Positions 21,195-32,003 of a stretch of 64,000 bases of DNA are shown piece after piece. Position numbers and translations under genes: made by a program. Position 1 is the stretch's first letter. Each line of letters begins with the position of its first letter. The DNA comes from an uncultured Phycisphaerales bacterium. GTDB taxonomy: Bacteria; Planctomycetota; Phycisphaerae; Tepidisphaerales; Tepidisphaeraceae. Under the pieces are notes generated by a model. That model had not been told where the DNA came from, made no database searches, and worked only from the letters and a program-made list of their open reading frames with translations. The stretch spans positions 1,568,001 to 1,632,000 of the forward strand of contig CAVWLP010000002.1 in NCBI GenBank assembly GCA_963755915.1. Reading direction: 5' to 3'.

Positions 21195-21965
21195 ATGGCG
21201 GCACACAATGAGAAGGCTGGTTTGAGTCAGGCCCGGGATGATTTCCAACGTGACGGCTTCGTCATCCTCCGTCAGTTCCTTGCCCCAAAAGAGCTGTCCG
21301 AACTGAAGTCCAACCTCGATCGCTATGTGCGGGAGGTGGTCCCGGAAATCCCCGCCACGGACGTGATGTACGAAGACAAGCAGGATCCCAATACGCTCAA
21401 GCAATTGGCGCACATTCGAATGCACGATGCCTTTTTCAGGGATCTGATTGAGAGCCCGAAATGGCTGGGGCTGGCAGAATCGCTTTTGAAGGACAATGCG
21501 TTGCCGCAAGAGTTGGAATGGTTCAATAAACCGCCCAAGGTGGGGAAGGCCACTCCTCCGCATCAGGATGGCTACTACTTCATGCTCGAGCCAAATGAAG
21601 CAGTCACTATGTGGCTCGCCCTGGACGATGTGGACGAGTCCAACGGCTGCATGAGATACATTGCCGGCTCCAATCGCACCGGAATGCGGCCCCACGGGCG
21701 CACTGGCGTGCTCGGATTTTCGCAGGGAATCTCCGACTACGGCGACACCGACCGCGCCGCCGAGATTCCAATATCAGCCAAACCTGGCGATCTGCTCGTC
21801 CATCATTCTCTAACCATCCATCGCGCCGATGCCAATCCCAGTTCGCGGCATCGCAGATCCCTTGGCTTTGTCTACTACGCCGCCAAGGCGCGCCAGGATA
21901 AACAGAAGCTCGCAAGCTATCAGGATGGGCTCTACAAAGAGCTTGCCGCAGCTAAGAAAATCTAA
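21195..21965 (+). CDS. Phytanoyl-CoA dioxygenase (PhyH) family Fe(II)/2OG enzyme
   Basis: FQRDGF, PPHQDG (HxD), WLALDD..SNGC, GDLLVHHSLTIHRA..N.S..RR. Confidence 0.92.
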   Translation: MAAHNEKAGLSQARDDFQRDGFVILRQFLAPKELSELKSNLDRYVREVVPEIPATDVMYEDKQDPNTLKQLAHIRMHDAFFRDLIESPKWLGLAESLLKDNALPQELEWFNKPPKVGKATPPHQDGYYFMLEPNEAVTMWLALDDVDESNGCMRYIAGSNRTGMRPHGRTGVLGFSQGISDYGDTDRAAEIPISAKPGDLLVHHSLTIHRADANPSSRHRRSLGFVYYAAKARQDKQKLASYQDGLYKELAAAKKI

Positions 21966-22084
21966 TCTGACGCCCAAAATAAAAGTCACTGCCCGGCCAA
22001 CTGCACCTTGGTTCTGATCTGCGTTGACGCCATTCAACTTCCGCGCACCGAAAGCAGGTTCCACATCGGTTGATCTCTTTGGCC

Positions 22085-23131
22085 TCAATTTCCCGGGCTA
22101 ATATAAGTGCCGCCGCTTGCCGCCGAACCGACTGCGTCGCCGGGAAAATGATCGGGGCCGCCGGAGACTTGGATCACGGAGTTTGATTGAACGATGTACC
22201 GGGTTCCAGTGACGGGTGTTCCGGGAAATTTGTTGCCATAAGAAGAAATCAGCGCGAGGTTTTCCGCAACGGCGAAAGCGGCCGTAAAGCGCAGGGCGCC
22301 GGAGATGGTAACAACCTTGTTGTCGATATCGATTCTCGATCCGGGCGTGTTTGAAAGCATGTGATAGCCGGCGCCGCCGGTGATCTGGTAGTCGCTAAAG
22401 GCCTTGATGATCCCCCCATAGGCGGAGAGATGGATGCCGGTCCCCATCGGTCCGAAGCTGACGTGGTAGAACGTTATTCGGCTGCCGAAATAGGAGAGCA
22501 TTCCGACGGTTGAACCGGTGCCGGTGAGGGTCATTCCGTCGATATTCACCCTCGTGTTCATGATCTCGAAGATATTGTTCGACCTGCCGGTGATCACGAC
22601 ATTTTCGGGATGATCAGGATTTCCGACGAACCGGACATCGGAGACCTGGCCGACGATGTATCCGTCACAAACAACGGTGTTATCCTTCCCTTTGACGGGG
22701 CCATACGTTCCATCGGCAAGCTTGATAACTACGACGTTACCGGCAAGATCGTAATTGTTTTTGATGGTGTCATAAGCGTGCTGCAATGTTTGCCAGGGGG
22801 TGCTGGCCGTGAGCCCGTCGGCCTGGTCACTTCCCGAGGGGCTCACGTAGAATTCGGCGTCGCTCGTGAGCCGAATTCGCGCCCCGCTTTGGACGGCGGC
22901 CGGTGTGCCGCCCGCAATCGGCGCGGACTCACCGTTTTGAGTGGCGGCACAACCGCAAAGGAGAAGAGCAGTAAGAAATACCCCGGCTATGCCGGCTGGT
23001 CCCCAGATTCGATTAGCCACAAAATTAATGCTCCTTCCACCGGTCCGGCTGTATGCCGTCGGCGCAAATATAAAAAAGATGGAGTTGTTGAAACGGCCAC
23101 GAATCGATTGCTTCAGAATGCCGATGAACAT
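22085..23131 (-). CDS. Putative lipoprotein with a beta-helix/DUF1565-like domain; start uncertain
   Basis: Lipobox-like LLLCGC; FYVSPSGSDQADGLTASTPWQTLQHA and IKLADGTY motifs typical of parallel beta-helix N-termini. Confidence 0.6.
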   Translation of the reverse strand: MFIGILKQSIRGRFNNSIFFIFAPTAYSRTGGRSINFVANRIWGPAGIAGVFLTALLLCGCAATQNGESAPIAGGTPAAVQSGARIRLTSDAEFYVSPSGSDQADGLTASTPWQTLQHAYDTIKNNYDLAGNVVVIKLADGTYGPVKGKDNTVVCDGYIVGQVSDVRFVGNPDHPENVVITGRSNNIFEIMNTRVNIDGMTLTGTGSTVGMLSYFGSRITFYHVSFGPMGTGIHLSAYGGIIKAFSDYQITGGAGYHMLSNTPGSRIDIDNKVVTISGALRFTAAFAVAENLALISSYGNKFPGTPVTGTRYIVQSNSVIQVSGGPDHFPGDAVGSAASGGTYISPGN

Positions 23132-23261
23132 TGAAACCGCACAATACGCGACGATTCAGCCGCATTGAGTTCCCAATGCAGCCTGATCGCCAAAAGAAAA
23201 AGCGAAGCCAGAGTCTTTCGGGTCTTCGCTTCAGTACAAATGATATTGACGATGAATGCAC

Positions 23262-24158
23262 TTACCCGGCGTGCGCCCTGCAGCGTCGCCTCAAACCGAG
23301 TAAGCAGGCACCGGCAACGAGTGCAATAGATGCAGGTTCGGGCACCGCGGTAAGAGCACCGCCCGAATCACTGAAATAGGCCATCGAATTCACTTCCCAT
23401 ACCGTCTGGAGATTGTTCGCATTGCCGGTGTAATCCTGCCAGCCAAGATACGAAAGCGACTGATTGTTCACCTCATCCTGCGGATAAGGCGGCTGGTCGT
23501 AGCTCGGCGGATGGGCTCCATACATGTTGTTGATGTTTGCACTGGCCGACTGAGCCAGTACACCGCCGATGAGAAAGTCGTCGCTGACCGTTTCCGTTGG
23601 CTGGTCCCAACCGATGACAAACTGCATGTCCGAGGGGATTGTGGAGCCAAGATTGATAGCCGGCAGCCCCTTGATTTCCGCGACGTCGGTAATGCCTACC
23701 GATGCAAACTCGGGAATCATCTGGAGATAGTAATCCCCGCCGGTGTACCAGTGCACCAGCGCGATGCCTGATATCTGGCGTGTTTGGGGCGTGACGGCTC
23801 CCATGAAGCCGACCCAGTCGTATTCCGCGTCAGAGTTCGCGGTCGTGTTATCGGTGCTGGCCCAGGTGAAATCGACAAGCCCGCTGTAGGATTCCGTGGC
23901 CGCCGTCACCGTCGAACCGAGCGGTTCGCCCGCTTTGCTTGGGACGTACGCGTCCGTACCGTTATCCATCGTCGTGATCTGCATCTGATTGTTGTTCGAC
24001 GGGCCGGCGGGACCAATCATACTGTTCGGACCCGTTTCGAATTGGGTCGTACCATTTGTGCCGGAACTGAAATTATAGTCCCAGACTTCCGAGGCGCTGG
24101 CGGAAGCTGCCAGGCTGCATAGCAGCACGGGAATAGAACGTTTGATGCGGCGAGACAT
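23262..24158 (-). CDS. PEP-CTERM surface protein 4 (domain A only)
   Basis: Signal peptide; body closely paralogous to the N-terminal domain of 5781..7616; AVPEPASIALVAGACLLGLRRR. Confidence 0.9.
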   Translation of the reverse strand: MSRRIKRSIPVLLCSLAASASASEVWDYNFSSGTNGTTQFETGPNSMIGPAGPSNNNQMQITTMDNGTDAYVPSKAGEPLGSTVTAATESYSGLVDFTWASTDNTTANSDAEYDWVGFMGAVTPQTRQISGIALVHWYTGGDYYLQMIPEFASVGITDVAEIKGLPAINLGSTIPSDMQFVIGWDQPTETVSDDFLIGGVLAQSASANINNMYGAHPPSYDQPPYPQDEVNNQSLSYLGWQDYTGNANNLQTVWEVNSMAYFSDSGGALTAVPEPASIALVAGACLLGLRRRCRAHAG

Positions 24159-24276
24159 TTTCTACCTCCTAAAGGTGTATTGCCACTGCGTGGCGCGAGA
24201 AGTTCCAAAGTGTTGGTCAATGAATTGAAGCGTTGGCCCACTTATCGAACGACCATGGGAGGCGGTTGCAGGTTGG

Positions 24277-24312
24277 CATGTACTATTAGTATGCATGTCG
24301 TAATTTGTCAAC
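24277..24312 (-). promoter_or_regulatory. Candidate promoter/operator for PEP-CTERM 4
   Basis: Minus strand TTGACA followed by CATGCATACTAATAGTACATG, a near-palindrome containing the AGTACA half-site also at 7959 and 21113. Confidence 0.4.
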
Positions 24313-24661
24313 TACAAAGTCGCATAAGACCACCCAAAAATCACCTTTGTCGGGACAATAGTACCAATTGTCCCCCAAAGATCAATAAAAAAGCGCTAAT
24401 TATGCAACAACTTATAAAATATATACTTATAAACACCGTGAGGTCATAAGGACGATTCGCGGCGGAAGTATCCCGCTATCCTGAAATCGGTTCCCGTATA
24501 AAAAACGCACCCAGAGACCAAAATCGCTGAATTAATGTCATGCTTAATATAAACACTTCTATGTGGAGGGCGGGAATCTGGAAAATGTCGGTTTGATGCC
24601 CCTTCGCGAACACGTTGCGCCGTACGCCTTTAACCAAGGTTGTCTTGTGGATGGCGCGGCC

Positions 24662-25165
24662 CTATGGCAGCACTGGCTGCGCCGGGGCGCCGCCCGGACC
24701 TGTGATTTGTCGTATTGATTTGGCCCGCGGATCGGCAACGTTTATCCAGTCGTTACCGCCCGGCTTTTTCACTTCAACTCCTGATCTGGAAATTGATTCG
24801 TTCACTCCCGCCGGTGGAGGACCGCTTGCCGCCATCTGCTGTGCCCACAGCAGCATTTGCAGGGCATGTGGCGTATAGCGCCTTAGGTAGCCAACGAAAC
24901 ACGTTTTGCCCCCGTCGGTGGTGAAGACATAGGCGCGATAGGCGGTTTTCCCATCGTGATTGAATGGTGGCCTTGTCATTCGAAAGTCCTGCGAGAACCA
25001 GGTCTGTCCTTCGTCGTCGCTGTACCACGCCAGCGTCCTTGACTCGATCTCTCTGCGCTCGACTGCCTTATCGTGCCAGAGCGAACCGATTGCGATCGCG
25101 GGCCCCAAAATCGCGATCGCGAAGCCGATCCATCGGTGCTGGTTGATCATATCTCTTACTGCCAT
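24662..25165 (-). CDS. Hypothetical single-TM protein
   Basis: N-terminal TM; AWYSDDEGQTWF...PPFNHDGK...FTTDGGKTCFVGYL; overlaps the end of the upstream gene. Confidence 0.75.
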   Translation of the reverse strand: MAVRDMINQHRWIGFAIAILGPAIAIGSLWHDKAVERREIESRTLAWYSDDEGQTWFSQDFRMTRPPFNHDGKTAYRAYVFTTDGGKTCFVGYLRRYTPHALQMLLWAQQMAASGPPPAGVNESISRSGVEVKKPGGNDWINVADPRAKSIRQITGPGGAPAQPVLP

Positions 25166-28100
25166 GTCAAACTCCTGTGCATCATCGCAAGTTTGGTGAT
25201 TTGAAGATTACCCCTGGCTTCGGTGCAGATGGCGTGATAGCTCATTTCAAGCCGCCGAAAGAACCACGGTGAAGGCGATGCTGACGTCGCTTCAATTCGA
25301 AGCATCAGCCAGACGTGACCTTCAGAATCATAGTCATCAGACCTGCAATCAAACTCAAAACTCTGCGGCGTGATCACCCGTGTCCAGTTTGCGGCCTCAT
25401 CCCCCTGTGGATTTATAGCTGCAATTCCCGCCCGGCACTGATCGCGAAAAAACGCAATCGTCTGGGTGGGCGCCGACAGGTCTGCATCGATTTGGACGTG
25501 AACGGGGCGCAGCCGGCCGATTTTCTCAGGCACTGCAAAACCAATGAGCCACTGTCCCGGTTGATTGGTTGGTACCCAGCGCCGCTGCGAAGGATCGTAA
25601 GGCAACCCTCGCGCCGCCCCCTGGATGATGCGACTGAAAGCGCCGTCGATGAAAATATCGGAACCGATCTCCGAACTCTGGATTAGAACGGGGGCTTCCA
25701 ACAACGTCTGAGACTCCATCGCAATGGGATAATTCGTATCGACAATCGTCGGTGGGTTGTCCAACCATGCCAGCAATTTCGGCGGGCCCGATTCTGCCGA
25801 ATCCATCGATCCGGCCGACATGACGGACGAAGCGATAATGTCGGCCCGAAGGTCATCGGTTTGGGTGCGAATCGCGCCGGTGCTGGTGAAATCGTTGTCC
25901 GCGTTACGGTGAAGAATGATCGGCGTCGATTGGCCGACGGGTATCTCCCCGAGCGCAAATACTCCGCTCCAAGCCAGAAGCGGGGAGTGGAGAGCCTGCC
26001 CTGCACCATTTTCCACGCTCAATTCCAGGCCTTCCGGGCCGAAACGTCCCGTCGCTTTCAATTGAAGATCCGACCCGACCGGCCTCTGCGCGCTCCATAT
26101 TCGGCGGACTTGCTTGGCATAGACGTCGGCGTCTTTTACGGCGAAAGGAAATTCCTCGATCTCGGCCGGCATCGATTCCGAAGATTCGACCGGCACAATA
26201 GTCGCCCCACCCGTAGCACTGAGCGTAAGCGACGATTCATCGCGCCCAACGAACGTCAGAAGCTGCTTTTCAATCCCCCCGCCGCCGGAACCGATCCGGA
26301 TGGTCGTTATCTGTCCCCCGCGCACGATGCTGCTGGACTCGCCGCGCGCGCTGGCGACCATCAGTCCCACAAACCCAAGCAGCGCCACGGCAACCAGACA
26401 CAGATAAACCCTTGGCCGCAGCCGCGCGGGACTTAGTAAATGACCCAGAAATGCAACGACAATATAAAGTCCGACAATGACGGCAGCGATACTGAATGGC
26501 ACAGTGGGCACGCCCACCATATGCTCGAGCGGGCGAGTGAGCGACACCGATTCGGCCCGCGGCGAAACGTCCCACTGCAGAATCCGATGCCACGTTTGAA
26601 CGAAATGAGGATCTGCGGGATCCAGCGCGTAGATCGGGAAACTCGTGAAAATGACATGCCCAAGACCAATCTGCTTTTGTGCTGCAAAAATTAACCCCTG
26701 ACTTTGACCTGCTACTTCGACGTCTGCACCGGTGACGTCGCTGGCTTCGACAAGGCTTACGGGATGCGATAGCTGGATCTCATCATTTTCCGTCGCGAGG
26801 GCACTGATCTGGCGACTGCCGATTTGAACGACCGGCAAATATCCTGCGAGCCAGCAGCTTTGTTCAATTGGATGCCCGCACAATAGCAGCGTTCCACCGA
26901 CGCTTAAATAATCGAGCAGCGCCCGCCGCTGCGCCATGTCGAGTTCCTGTGGGTTTGTGGAAAACAGGATAAATTTGTAGCCGTCATAACCGTCAGCTCT
27001 TCGCGGAGCATCGGCTGCATCGATTGATTGGACGCCCAGCGCAAATCCAGAATGTTTCAGCAATTGGCCTGCAAAACCGGCGGGATTGTCGCCTGCGGAA
27101 TCTGCAATTTCGGAATGGCCGATTTGCAGTAGCATTGCCGTCGGACGAATCCTTTTGCCGCCGATTGCCGCCGCGGCGCCCGGCACTTCACTTCGCCCGA
27201 TGCGCTGCGCGTTGCCGGCATACCACTCGACGACACAAGCCTGGTTGGGCGCTCCGCCGGCGCCGCTGCCAAAATATGCCAGCTCATCGAGATCAATCAC
27301 ACAGTGCGCCGGTATGAGGCACGGAACATGCAGAAGCGCCGGGCCGGCCGCGTTATTCATTTCGACGGACGCGTAACCGGCAACGTCCTTACCAGAGCCG
27401 TTTTGGAATTTGAGCCTCAGCGGCGTCCAACAGTCCGGCAGATATGAGGGGCCGAGACTAAGCATTCCCGCAATCGTCTGCTGGTCGGCCATGCCTGGCG
27501 CATCGGCGATGCACACCTGCTGGGCAGACGAAATCGTCGGAATTTGCAGCGGTGTCTGCTGCCCGGCAATCCGGTCATACGCCCAGTTCGCCAGCCAGCG
27601 AAGCTGCAGGTTGAGTTCCGATTCCGAAATCGCCTTTAACTCCGCCAATCTTGATTCAACGCGAAGATTCCCCAGGGCCTTTATTGCCTCCGCCTTCACA
27701 TCGGGTGCCTCATATTGATCATATATGATCCCCAAAAGCTCCTCGGAGGTTTGGTCGTCCGTGCGGTCTCCCAACAAGCCGTATGCATAGATGCTTGCCC
27801 TGCGAATCTCGTCAGGCGCCTGGCCCTGCGGGATCAGCGGGAGCGTTGCCTTCACAATCGGGGAGTAACCGACCAATCCCGCCGCAACGATCGCATTGGC
27901 AACGGCGTGGATTTCCAATTCGGCCTGCGCCTTATCATTGTCCGCAAGCATCTGCGGGAGCTTTTTGACGACGCCGAGCAGCGCGTTGCCAGCATGTCCC
28001 TGACCGATGCGACCTAAAGAATCCGCGGCCTGCGCCACGACCGACCAGTTCGAATCCGACAAAAGCGCGAGATGATCGGAAAGCGAATCGGAATTGCGCA

Positions 28101-29162
28101 ATTGACCAAGAATATACGATCCATCGACGCGTCGATCGGCGTCGGCATCATGCAGCAAATCGATTGCCGCCGGCAGGGCCGTTTGCCCGATAGCAACAAG
28201 CGCATTGCGCGCCGCGAATCGAAGGGCCTGATCGAATTTTAACTGGTCCTGCAGAAGGTGTATTGCCGTCGGAGTTGGCGAATTTCGAAGCACATCCGCC
28301 GCGGCGCAGCGCACCGTTGTGTCGGGGTCTTGCAGCGCATCCATCGCCGCGCGTGAGCCCTGGCCGTTGGCAGAATGCGGCCAAGGGCAGTTACTGCGTT
28401 CCTGCGCACCACCGAATTCGAATCCTGGAGCAACGGGAGAACCGACGACGCGGAATCTGCAGCGCCCATCGCAGCCAACGCCTGCAGCGCCGCAGATTTT
28501 TCCGAAGCCGAGCCTCTCAAGCAATCCACCGCAACACGCCAGTCGTCACGATTTCCAGCCCGGGCCAGTGTTTCCAGTGCGCACAACCGGCACGGCGGAA
28601 CCATCGAATGCAGAGCGTCGGCAACCGCCTTGATCTCCGCTGGCTTTGAAGCCGCGGAACATGCCGCCATCTGAACGCTTGCGCTGGAATCGCGCAGCCC
28701 CAGAAAAACGGCCTGTGAATCGCCGAGGCCGGCGCATGCGCTAACCGCCTCTCGGCGCACGGCGTCGTCAACATCGCCCAGCCGTCCCTGAAGCGCGGGA
28801 AGGATCGATCGTCCCCCAATCGCCGCCAGTGATATCACAGACTGGGCCCGAAGATCCGCGGATGGGTCAGCAAGCAGCGACTCCAATTTTGGTATTGACG
28901 CCGGGCTGCGGCATTTCCCCAAATCGTGGACCAATTGCACTCGGCGTACGTCGTCGCCGCGATCGATGGCATCGATCAGCAGTTGCACAGTGCGCGGCGA
29001 GGTCGCGTCAATCTGGTTTGGCTGGGGCGATGGAACCTGGTCGAGGCCGAAATCCAGCGGAGGGAGCGCAGTCGTTGCCGCCAACGCGGTCTTACTCCCC
29101 GCAATGAGGATCAGCGTCAACGCAAAATGGATGAAAGAGCAACGCATTTCAATCAAGCGCAT
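25156..29162 (-). CDS. Large HEAT-repeat + membrane protein (~1330 aa), frameshift near 28365
   Basis: ATG overlaps the permease stop (TGATG); signal peptide; many HEAT repeats (LGDVDDAVRREA, LQDPDTTVRCAA); then ALLDYLSVGGTLL...IGLGHVIF domain, two TM helices and a C-terminal domain. Confidence 0.75.
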
Positions 29163-30834
29163 CAATCGCGGCGCAGCAAATAACCTACACGAAAACGAGC
29201 CAACACCAGCATGAGGACAATAATCCCGGCCATCGTCCACAGGTGTGCCGACCAGATCCACGGGCTGGCGGCCGGGGTCATGCTGCGATTCATGAGACCC
29301 AATGAGACCGCCAGGGGACTGGGCATGGATAGCCAGGCGACGAGCGACGGCGCCAATTGGCGCTGCGCGATCCACGCGACCAGAACCGGGGCCAACACTG
29401 TCGTGCCGCTGACGAGATAGCTCGCCACCGTCGCCCGAGCGGTGTGGGCCGCAAAGGCCGAGCACATCAGCCCAACCGTGCACCCAAAAATGGCCGCCAG
29501 AACCAATACGGGCACCAACTGAAGGAACGACGGCCAATATCCAGGGTCGAGAAAACAAATCGCCGCGTAGAGCGGGAGCAGCGCGACAATCGGCAGCATC
29601 GTACAACCGAGCGCGGGGACCAGTTTTCCGAAAAATATCTGTCCCGGCCCCAGCGGTGTAACCCGCAGCAGTTCAAACGTATCCATTTCAATTTCGCTGC
29701 TGATCGTCGCGCTGGTTATTCCCGGCGCCACCAGCGCTATCACGGCGATCTGCAGACCGACGACGATCCGCGTCACATAATTCAAAAGTCCCGCATCTTC
29801 GGTTCCGCCGTAAAGCGAAATCAGCATCAGCGCCAAGGCCATTACCAGGCAGCCGTAAAATATCCGCGTGGTCCAGCGCCCGAGCGCAGGAGATTGATCC
29901 GTGACTCATTGGCCAGAAGCGGATTGAAAACCGCGATCGGTTTGCGGTGCTTATGTTTCCGGGCTCCGAGCAGCAGCCTCCGCCAGATCGACGGTCGTGA
30001 TTGCGCTCCACTGTCCTGCCCTCGGTTTCGGACATCGGGCGCGTCAGCTTGCTGGCGAGCAGCGCAGCGCAAAATAACGTAAGTGCCGACCCCGCCACCA
30101 GGAACAGCGGACCGAGCGAGATAAACCCGTGGACGTGCCCGTCGAAATCTCCCGGGGAAGGGCGCAGGATCGCGAAAATCGCCGACGCCGGGCTGAGCGC
30201 GAGCGTAATGCAGCGCTGCCGCAACCTGACCCGCCGAACTGTCCAGGAGTATCGCCGCTGGAACGAGCGATACGCCGCAGAGCGCTGTCACAAGGGAATA
30301 GGAGATTACCAGCGCGGTTGAAGCCCGCTGGCAAAATGCCGAAACGCTCAGACCGAGGGTTGCGAGCATTATTCCCGTCTCCAGCAGCACCGCATAGGAA
30401 AGAATCAGGCGATCGAAGCTGATTGCGCCGCGTAAGAGAAGCAGGCCCGCGAAGGGTAAACCCGAAATCAGCAGCAACAAGGGAAAAAACAGCGCCCCGA
30501 TCGCCTTACCGAATAAGATTTGCCATTTCGAAAGCAGCGACGCCGAGAGCATTTCCAGCGTGTTGGCTTCGCGCTCGCTCGCGATGGCCACGGCCGCGAT
30601 GCCGGGCACAAACAATATGAGCAGAATGACCTGGCCAAGAATCAGGCTGAAGAGAAGCCCGTCATCGGCACTGTCAGCGATACTGACGAAACCGCGCTGG
30701 GGCCAATATTCCAGAACCGCCGCCCCTAGAACGATCAGCCAGAGAAGTTGAACCACCGCCACGCGCTTCAAACGCAGCGTTTGCCGAAGATCTTTCATCA
30801 GGACCGCGTTCACGGGGTATTCCAATCCGACCAC
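29162..30834 (-). CDS. ABC-2 type permease with two permease halves; several frameshifts (~30190, ~30040, ~29845)
   Basis: IASEREANTLEMLSASLLSKWQILFGK and ISSEIEMDTFELLRVTPLGPGQIFFGKL motifs; multiple TMs over ORFs 29842..30834, 29688..30224 and 29162..29842. Confidence 0.8.
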
Positions 30835-30964
30835 AAGCCAGGGTTGAGGCCGAGCGATCGCTCACCGAGACAGCTCGCCAAATCGCGGCGCAACCGCCAT
30901 GGCGGCGTCATGCGTTTGTTCCGATTCTGTCAGCCGATGGACAACTCGACTGAGATTCATCACC

Positions 30965-31906
30965 TTACGACGCTGATTGAGTCTCCACGGAAACGGTTCG
31001 ATCCAGTTGGGCGGCGGCTGCTCTTGAATCACTCATCAATTGCTGAACGACAGGCTCAGAGGATAACCCCGTGCGCTCCACATCGGATAACCTGCGCATC
31101 GGCGCCGGTGCATAGTTGCCGGATATGTGTCGCATATTTAGAAGATATGTGAAAGACTGAAAGACACCGTAACGTTTTACGACGCGAAGCAGTTCCGACA
31201 ACTGTTGCTGGCGCTTCGCCGCCAGTTCCCACTTCTTTTCCCCCGCGGCCTTGGCAATGCCACTCACCCAGAATGGCGCCAGTGAAAAGATGCCGTCGAG
31301 ATGTTCGCGTATTCCGTGCTTGAGCAGCGCGTCAATTAGATCAGCCTGGGCGAAGACGACTCGGAAATGACCAGGGGCCGCGTCTTGCAATTGCCGCGCC
31401 GATGCGAGATCGCCCACGCATTTGATTCCGCGGATATTCGGATGCCGGGAAAGGCGAAGAACAGTGGCATTCTCCAGCCTGTTTCCCGTAAGCCCTGGAG
31501 AATCGTATAGATATAGCGGATTGCGTGACAAGTCAGCCAGGGTCGCAAAGTAAAATTCCAGCTCGGACTGATTGAATGACAGGAAATAAGGAGTCAAAAC
31601 CACGGCGCCAGCGGCTTGAAATTCGTTTAGAAAATTGATGCGTTCTCTCGTCCGGGCGACACTCGTATCCGAGGCCCCCACCAGCACCTCACCTTTGCCC
31701 TTGCTCACCAGAATGGCCCGTTCGACGAGCTGGTGATAAGTCCCATCCCGCAGCATTGGCATCAGCCCCATGGTCCCGGCAACGAGCACGCCCGCCATGC
31801 CATTCCGCCATTGGTCCGCCATGTGCTTGTCAAACGCTTCGATATCAAGAGTTTCACGAAGTGTCAGAGGAGTTCCAACCGCAGAGATCAACGAAACCTT
31901 GTTCAT
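30965..31906 (-). CDS. DHDPS/N-acetylneuraminate lyase family aldolase (paralog 2)
   Basis: AVGTP, AGTMG, LTPYF, LYDSP, GIKC; colinear with 16791..17732. Confidence 0.88.
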   Translation of the reverse strand: MNKVSLISAVGTPLTLRETLDIEAFDKHMADQWRNGMAGVLVAGTMGLMPMLRDGTYHQLVERAILVSKGKGEVLVGASDTSVARTRERINFLNEFQAAGAVVLTPYFLSFNQSELEFYFATLADLSRNPLYLYDSPGLTGNRLENATVLRLSRHPNIRGIKCVGDLASARQLQDAAPGHFRVVFAQADLIDALLKHGIREHLDGIFSLAPFWVSGIAKAAGEKKWELAAKRQQQLSELLRVVKRYGVFQSFTYLLNMRHISGNYAPAPMRRLSDVERTGLSSEPVVQQLMSDSRAAAAQLDRTVSVETQSAS

Positions 31907-31968
31907 TTGCTTCCTAAGCGTGTTTATTGACCCTGAGACACTTTTGAATCATTTCGGAAAGATTTAGT

Positions 31969-31994
31969 TTGACAAGTCATCCAAACATTGTCAA
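31969..31994. promoter_or_regulatory. Palindromic operator candidate TTGACAA-N12-TTGTCAA
   Basis: TTGACAAGTCATCCAAACATTGTCAA between aldolase 2 and the divergent regulator. Confidence 0.65.
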
Positions 31995-32003
31995 CATAAA
32001 AGC

